A stretch of 63,983 nt of DNA, counting the filler, from Limisphaerales bacterium (GTDB lineage: Bacteria > Verrucomicrobiota > Verrucomicrobiia > Limisphaerales > SIBE01): assembly GCA_044225505.1 (NCBI GenBank). It is 4 parts of 4 records of this genome, joined end to end, with 100 filler letters (N's around TTAATTAATTAA, not from the genome) between each part and the next. Parts side by side here need not be neighbours in the genome. Positions count along the whole stretch, not along the records: positions 52,252 to 63,983 come from JBGAIN010000214.1; 3 more parts are not named here. The stretch is one strand, 5' to 3'. Shown here piece after piece: positions 59,901 to 63,983 of this stretch. Every line of letters begins with the position of its first letter. Position 1 is the first letter of the stretch. Under the pieces are notes generated by a model. That model worked only from the letters and a program-made list of their open reading frames with translations. It was not told the origin of the DNA and ran no database searches. Position numbers and translations under genes: made by a program.

Positions 59901-60611
59901 TCGAGTATCACCGTTCAAGAGTTATTTGGCGAACACTTCGCCAGATTATCTAAGCTCGATTTGTCCTCTCTCGCATCGACCGTATTTCTCAATCGGGGCG
60001 ATCGCTTCGAAATACGAGCCTTGCCACCGGAGGCACAGTTTGCGCCTGCGTTCGGACTGAGTGTGGCTGACTTCGACGGAGACGGTAACGAGGACCTATT
60101 TCTCTCTCAGAATGCCTTTGTCATGGGGATGAGCCTGAGTCGGCAAGATGCGGGGAGAGGATTGTGGTTGCGAGGTGATGGAAAAGGGGACTTTAAAGCT
60201 GTCCCAGGACAATCGAGTGGCTTGCTGATTTACGGGGAGCAGCGCGGTTGCGCCGCCAGCGACTTCGACTTGGATGGCCGGGTGGACATTGCGGTGGCGC
60301 AGAATAATGGGAAGACCAAGCTCTTTCGCAATCGACATGGCATTCCCGGGAGACGCATTCACCTCCACGGTCCGGCAGGCAACCGCGGAGCAATCGGAGC
60401 TGTCTTGCGGACCGGTCGGGCTGGGACGTGGAGCTCGGCAAAGGAGATTCGTTCCGGCACAGGTTACCGCTCCTCTGACAGTGCAATTCAGGTCTTCGCT
60501 CACCCGGAATCCTGGGATGAAGTTGAAGTGCAGTGGCCCGGCGGAAAGCGCGTCGCTTACCCGGTGCTTCCTGGCAAAGACGAGATTCAGATCGACATTC
60601 TCAATCCGTAA
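56943..60611 (+). CDS. FG-GAP/VCBS-repeat protein with two ASPIC/UnbV domains (paralogue of 38497-42288)
   Basis: Many DxDGDGDLD repeats; NRAGIGAQI...GGRYLS...EVIWRNG and NRGAIGAVL...GTGYRS...EVQWPGG; colinear with the contig-3 copy. Start uncertain; ORF open from 56901. Confidence 0.9.
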   Translation: MIAMVLSRPSLAVAIWVFWGPLFCVAVEPGHQVSRLAVPSSNRIGFQAIPSAATGIDFTNVLDLHRGLVNQNLMNGSGVAAGDVDGDGRCDLYFCGLDVENRLYRNLGGFRFEDITRTSGTGCPNQDSTGAVLVDIDADGDLDLFVSALGPGVRLFLNDGHGQFNESTDAAGLRRSAGSTSMALADVDGDGDLDLYVTAIPRRPVRNEMSTTYQVRQVNGMAQVVSINGKPTTSPELTGRFKVSSNGEIIEYGEEDQFYLNNGNGTFTRSSFTDGRFLDEDGKPLASPPLDWGLAVHFHDLNGDRQPDLYVCNDLFTPDRIWINQGHGVFKALAQLAVRHTSLASMGMDAADVNRDGYYDLFVSDMFSRDRKLRMTQFAHVPPKMWEDGVIGERLQFNHNALLLNRGDLTFAEISFYSGVAASDWSWGGVFLDVDLDGYEDLLIPNGQQRNLAHADYAARLQTLQRGRERLTLEGMVKLAEEFPPLTVPNMAFRNRRDLTFEEIGVKWGFATATASQGLALADLDNDGDLDVIVNNLLAPAGLFRNESDAPRLAVRLRGAGQNRAGIGAQIKVTDGTLAQQQEMICGGRYLSGDDALRVFATGQAHQVDVEVIWRNGKHSVIRGAKPNSLYLVAETEAEDAPSSAPVVAESPMFEDVSGSLPHVHVEQPFNDLAWQPLLPYRLTRSGPGLSWFDLDGDGMDDLLIPGGQGGALGIYLNSKQGFRALARGTATDQLQSDQTAVIGWMPNPGAAFLVVAWSNYKPSPNSFPAISFFNAATGKNSGSIGPLDGPVGPMAMADLDGDGDLDLFVGTTSRLGRFPEPGSGYLFRNDEGKMVLAQQWNQLGVIQAATFSDLDLDGFPELILACTWGPIRIFSNRQGNLVESTAQWGLLELTGLWQGLTTGDFDGDGRLDLAASNWGLNSALQDSERIRKRFYYGDLDGDGRVELIDVAIDPVNGKQFPAANLNLLAGAVPAVRGRIRDYESYSSITVQELFGEHFARLSKLDLSSLASTVFLNRGDRFEIRALPPEAQFAPAFGLSVADFDGDGNEDLFLSQNAFVMGMSLSRQDAGRGLWLRGDGKGDFKAVPGQSSGLLIYGEQRGCAASDFDLDGRVDIAVAQNNGKTKLFRNRHGIPGRRIHLHGPAGNRGAIGAVLRTGRAGTWSSAKEIRSGTGYRSSDSAIQVFAHPESWDEVEVQWPGGKRVAYPVLPGKDEIQIDILNP

Positions 60612-60940
60612 CCGCGCGGCTCAGGGCTCTCGGGACTTTCCTGCTCATCCCTCCGACCCTCTCCTTTGGAGTGATTTCGTGAGGCGCCCAAGCCTGCTCA
60701 CGTTCAGCCCGCTTCTCGCACCCCAAAACAACCCGGTCACGGCGTGGAAAATCCGTTGCACAACTTTCCGGTTGCGGAACTGAATTTCTGGGTTACTGGT
60801 TCTTTTGTTCCAGGGAAAACACCCAATTGTGTGGTTTGATTTACTCAAGCGCTCGACGCTTCCGCTGTACTGGTGGGATGCACCAGGGGAAGATCGATCG
60901 TGTTCCAGCGCCACCAGGGAGCCCCAGGGGACGTCGTGTT

Positions 60941-63709
60941 ATGAATCAAATACAACCCTCCAAACTGGCCATGCTGGCCTGCCTGTTAGGGCTCGGTTCG
61001 TTTTCGAGTCTACGCGCAGGTCAAGTGACCTACGACTTCAAAACGGACCCTACCACAGGGACAAACGCCATCAAAATAATCCAGACCGGGTTTGCCGATA
61101 GCTCAGGCACCTCAGTTTACTGGAAGCCTGAGGGAGGTAACCCTGACGGATTCCTTGGAATCACATGGCCGATCGGAAGTTCTTCAACGATCGCAGTGTT
61201 TCCAGACATCGACCCAGGGAAAGTCGTCACCGCGTTCACCTTTGAATGCGACCTGCGCATTGGAAGCCCGCAACAGAACGAGCGCCCTGCTGACGGATTC
61301 AGCATCAACTTCGCCCGCAGCACAGATCCCGCCATAGAAAATCCTGATCCAGCCAACTTCGCTGTTTCCGGAGCCGTCGAGACGGGAACATCCACCGGTA
61401 TCTCGATTGGTTTCGATACCTGGGCAGGGAATGCACTTCCAGACGGGGCAGACATCGAAGGCATCATCGTCCGCGTCGATAACAAGACGATCCTTCGACA
61501 GGCGATGCCGACGCGCAATGGAGCGTGCGACGACAACACGTCACTCCAAACAGGCCCGCGCCCGACCAACTATTGGGCTGCAGCGGTCGACGCTGGAACT
61601 CTGCCCGACGCTGCGCTCGTGCCCGAGTCCTGGACCAATCTCTGTTGGCAGCACTTGGTCGTAGACTTGGATAACTCGGCCAAGCTGAGCGTGACTTACA
61701 AAGGCCGCAAATTGCTTGACCAGTATCAAACCACGTTTTTCCCTTCCTCTGGTGCGATTATTCTCGCTGGCCGGACAGGGAATGCGGATGAGCATACCCA
61801 CTTCGATAATCTGAAGCTAACCACCACAGCGTCGGCCGATACCAACGCACCAACGGCTCCTGGCGCGATCACGGTAGGAGCTACAACCGCTGGAAAGGTC
61901 GTTTTGACCTGGGGCGCCGCCACCGATGATTCCAATCGCGTTGGTTACAATTTAGAACGTGATGGAGTTATTATTGGGAATCTGCTTACCCAACCGTCGT
62001 TCACAGACTTGAACGTGCAGGGTGGCGAGACCTATTCCTATCGCGTCCAAGCGGTGGATCCAGTTGGGAATAAATCTGCGTTTACCACCGCAGTCACAGC
62101 CACAACTCCGGCGAGTGCACCGGTGGAAAGCAATGGCTTGCTCTTCGAAGTGTGGAACAATATCACCGGCACCGCGGTCAATCTGCTCACCGATGATCCT
62201 CGGTATCAAACCAACGCCGCGCCGGATTTCCGGGCCTTGGCGACGGCGGCCGACACGCGCACCGTCTACTCGGATGATGCTCACGATAACTACGGCGGAC
62301 GTTTGAGCGGGTTGCTTGCTCCCACCGAATCTGGCAACTACGAGTTCTTCCTTCGCAGCGATGATGCATCGCAGCTCTATTTGAGTCCGGATGCGAACAC
62401 GAACAACCTCGCACTCGTGGCCGAAGAAACCGGTTGTTGTGCGGCGTTCCAGGAAACGGGCGATCCCAGAACATCGGCCCCAATTGCGCTGACGGCTGGC
62501 CAACGTTACGCCATTCAAGTCCTTTGGAAAGAAGGCGGCGGCGGTGACTTTGCCCAGGTCGCATGGCGCAAATCTGGCGACACCAATGCGGCGTCGCACC
62601 TGAAGCCGATCCCAGGCGCGTTCTTGCGCACGCAATGGGATCCAACCGTTGGACAACCCGCCTTCACCACGCGTCCGACGAACATCACCGTGGCGGCTGG
62701 AGGAACCGGAACATTTAGCGTTACTGCCATCGGTGACCAACCGATCAGCTATCAGTGGTCTCTGTTAGGCACAAACCTCGTCGGCGCTACCAACACCAGT
62801 TTCACCTTGAATAACTTCGTCGCCACAAACGTGGGTATTTACAAGATCACTGCTTCCAATGCTGTCGGTTCAGTCTCCGCGGTCGCTGGCATCTTCCCGA
62901 AAGGTGCTCTCTTCGTGGAAGCGGAAGACTTCAACTACGGCGGTGGCAACTACGTCACCAATCAGCCCACCGGCGTCACAGGACCTTACCCAGGCGACGC
63001 CTACCGCGGGCTTGGGACGGCCGATGACGAAGGAATTGACTATCACGCGGATGGCGCTGGCGCTCAGCCTTATCGTGCGGACACCAACGCGGATGCTGAC
63101 AAGGAAAACCAACAGGCGGATTGGTTCCCACGAGGCGACTTCGATGTCGTCGTCAACAACGTCCTTGGCTGGAATGACGCGGGCGAGTGGTACAATTACA
63201 CGCGTCAGTTCCCGACCACAGGCACGAACTACAACGTGATTGGACGTTTGGCATCCGGGGGCGCTGCGATTCACGTTCAAATGGATGAAGTGACCGGCAC
63301 CGCCACCTCCACCAACCAAACTCTTAAGAAGCTTGGTGAGTTCCGGCCCGGCCGTGCCACGGCGGGCTGGGATAACTACGAGTTCTTCCCGCTGGTGGAT
63401 GATGCGGGCAACTTGGCCACGGTCACGAACTGGACAGGCGTGAAAACCTTCCGCGTTACCATGCTCCCGGACAGCGCTGAAGACATGGATTACTTCATGT
63501 TCGTTCCCGCGGGCGGCGACGGTGGCCCACCGGTTGGAAATACCTTCGCCAGTGTGACAAGGTCCGGCACAAACCTGGTGCTCACTTGGACAGCGGGAAC
63601 GTTGGAATCGGCAGACAATGTCACAGGTCCTTGGACCGCCGTCGCCAATGGCACCAGCCCAGCGACTGTTCCAATTACTGGAACCGCGAAATTCTATAGA
63701 CTTCGGTAG
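60941..63709 (+). CDS. Secreted multidomain glycan-binding protein (paralogue B of 53943-56705)
   Basis: Full-length colinear with paralogue A, with long identical blocks (IAVFPDIDPGKVVTAFTFECDLRIGSPQQNERPADGFSINFARSTDPA); tail GTLESADNVTGPWTAVANGTSPATVPITGTAKFYRLR. Confidence 0.88.
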   Translation: MNQIQPSKLAMLACLLGLGSFSSLRAGQVTYDFKTDPTTGTNAIKIIQTGFADSSGTSVYWKPEGGNPDGFLGITWPIGSSSTIAVFPDIDPGKVVTAFTFECDLRIGSPQQNERPADGFSINFARSTDPAIENPDPANFAVSGAVETGTSTGISIGFDTWAGNALPDGADIEGIIVRVDNKTILRQAMPTRNGACDDNTSLQTGPRPTNYWAAAVDAGTLPDAALVPESWTNLCWQHLVVDLDNSAKLSVTYKGRKLLDQYQTTFFPSSGAIILAGRTGNADEHTHFDNLKLTTTASADTNAPTAPGAITVGATTAGKVVLTWGAATDDSNRVGYNLERDGVIIGNLLTQPSFTDLNVQGGETYSYRVQAVDPVGNKSAFTTAVTATTPASAPVESNGLLFEVWNNITGTAVNLLTDDPRYQTNAAPDFRALATAADTRTVYSDDAHDNYGGRLSGLLAPTESGNYEFFLRSDDASQLYLSPDANTNNLALVAEETGCCAAFQETGDPRTSAPIALTAGQRYAIQVLWKEGGGGDFAQVAWRKSGDTNAASHLKPIPGAFLRTQWDPTVGQPAFTTRPTNITVAAGGTGTFSVTAIGDQPISYQWSLLGTNLVGATNTSFTLNNFVATNVGIYKITASNAVGSVSAVAGIFPKGALFVEAEDFNYGGGNYVTNQPTGVTGPYPGDAYRGLGTADDEGIDYHADGAGAQPYRADTNADADKENQQADWFPRGDFDVVVNNVLGWNDAGEWYNYTRQFPTTGTNYNVIGRLASGGAAIHVQMDEVTGTATSTNQTLKKLGEFRPGRATAGWDNYEFFPLVDDAGNLATVTNWTGVKTFRVTMLPDSAEDMDYFMFVPAGGDGGPPVGNTFASVTRSGTNLVLTWTAGTLESADNVTGPWTAVANGTSPATVPITGTAKFYRLR

Positions 63710-63730
63710 TCTCTAGTCCTTTCTCATCAC

Positions 63731-63758
63731 CAAAGGCCGGGATTCATCCCGGCCTTTG
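63731..63758 (+). terminator. Probable rho-independent terminator hairpin
   Basis: CAAAGGCCGGGA-ttca-TCCCGGCCTTTG, 21 nt after the stop; weak T tail. Confidence 0.75.
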
Positions 63759-63983
63759 CGCTTTCGCTTCACAACACAAGCCCTGGATTGCCGTCGGAAC
63801 AAAACCATGAGAAGTTTTGCAGAACGTCTTTGGACCCGCCCTCCAGCTGAACTATCTTCCGCAACCGGATGAAGAGATCATCATCCATCCACCATGGCAA
63901 AGCTTCGGAGAAGCGTAAGCGGCCTCCAGCAGTCGAAAACAACCCGGCGCAGGTCCCCCTTTCACGACGCCCCTGGCGACTGA

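Noticed and set aside
53943..63709. Paralogues A and B as an assembly duplication
   Set aside because: They differ throughout in synonymous and amino-acid positions and have different leaders and terminators.

Overview
The window is not contiguous genome. It holds four assembly contigs (1-17191, 17292-34363, 34464-52151, 52252-63983) joined by artificial 100-nt spacers (N44-TTAATTAATTAA-N44). Gene content suggests a GC-rich Verrucomicrobiota genome, probably subdivision 3 (Pedosphaera/Limisphaera-like); this is inferred from C-terminally extended ECF sigma factors, FG-GAP/ASPIC-UnbV proteins and secreted PA14/Ig proteins ending in an 'FYR' tail. Contig 1: DUF433 pseudogene, TPR protein, an ECF sigma fused to a membrane domain and prenyltransferase-like repeats, a sulfatase/phosphoesterase/propeller/amidohydrolase pair/DegT/SDR cluster, and an ECF/anti-sigma trio. 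Contig 2: truncated giant HYR/SprB adhesin, REP-like and tandem repeats, two more ECFs, bcp, pgsA and a vWA anti-sigma. Contig 3: beta-helix protein, FG-GAP/ASPIC plus FGE-like pair, a PA14 pseudogene missed by the ORF track, a double CBM9-like secreted protein, a CAX antiporter, a sugar porter and a GH92. Contig 4: three secreted lectin-like proteins around a second FG-GAP/ASPIC gene. Best leads: (i) a shared ~50-aa C-terminal 'GxLxxAxxVxGxWTxV...SP...KFYR' domain on four secreted proteins, in two loci next to double ASPIC/UnbV propeller genes, a candidate export/docking system; (ii) two candidate ECF promoter motifs read directly from repeated upstream sequence; (iii) a paralogue pair differing about 3-fold in Thr-Asn dipeptides, a possible glycosylation sequon. 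No rRNA, tRNA, CRISPR array or transposase was recognised. All domain calls are by eye.
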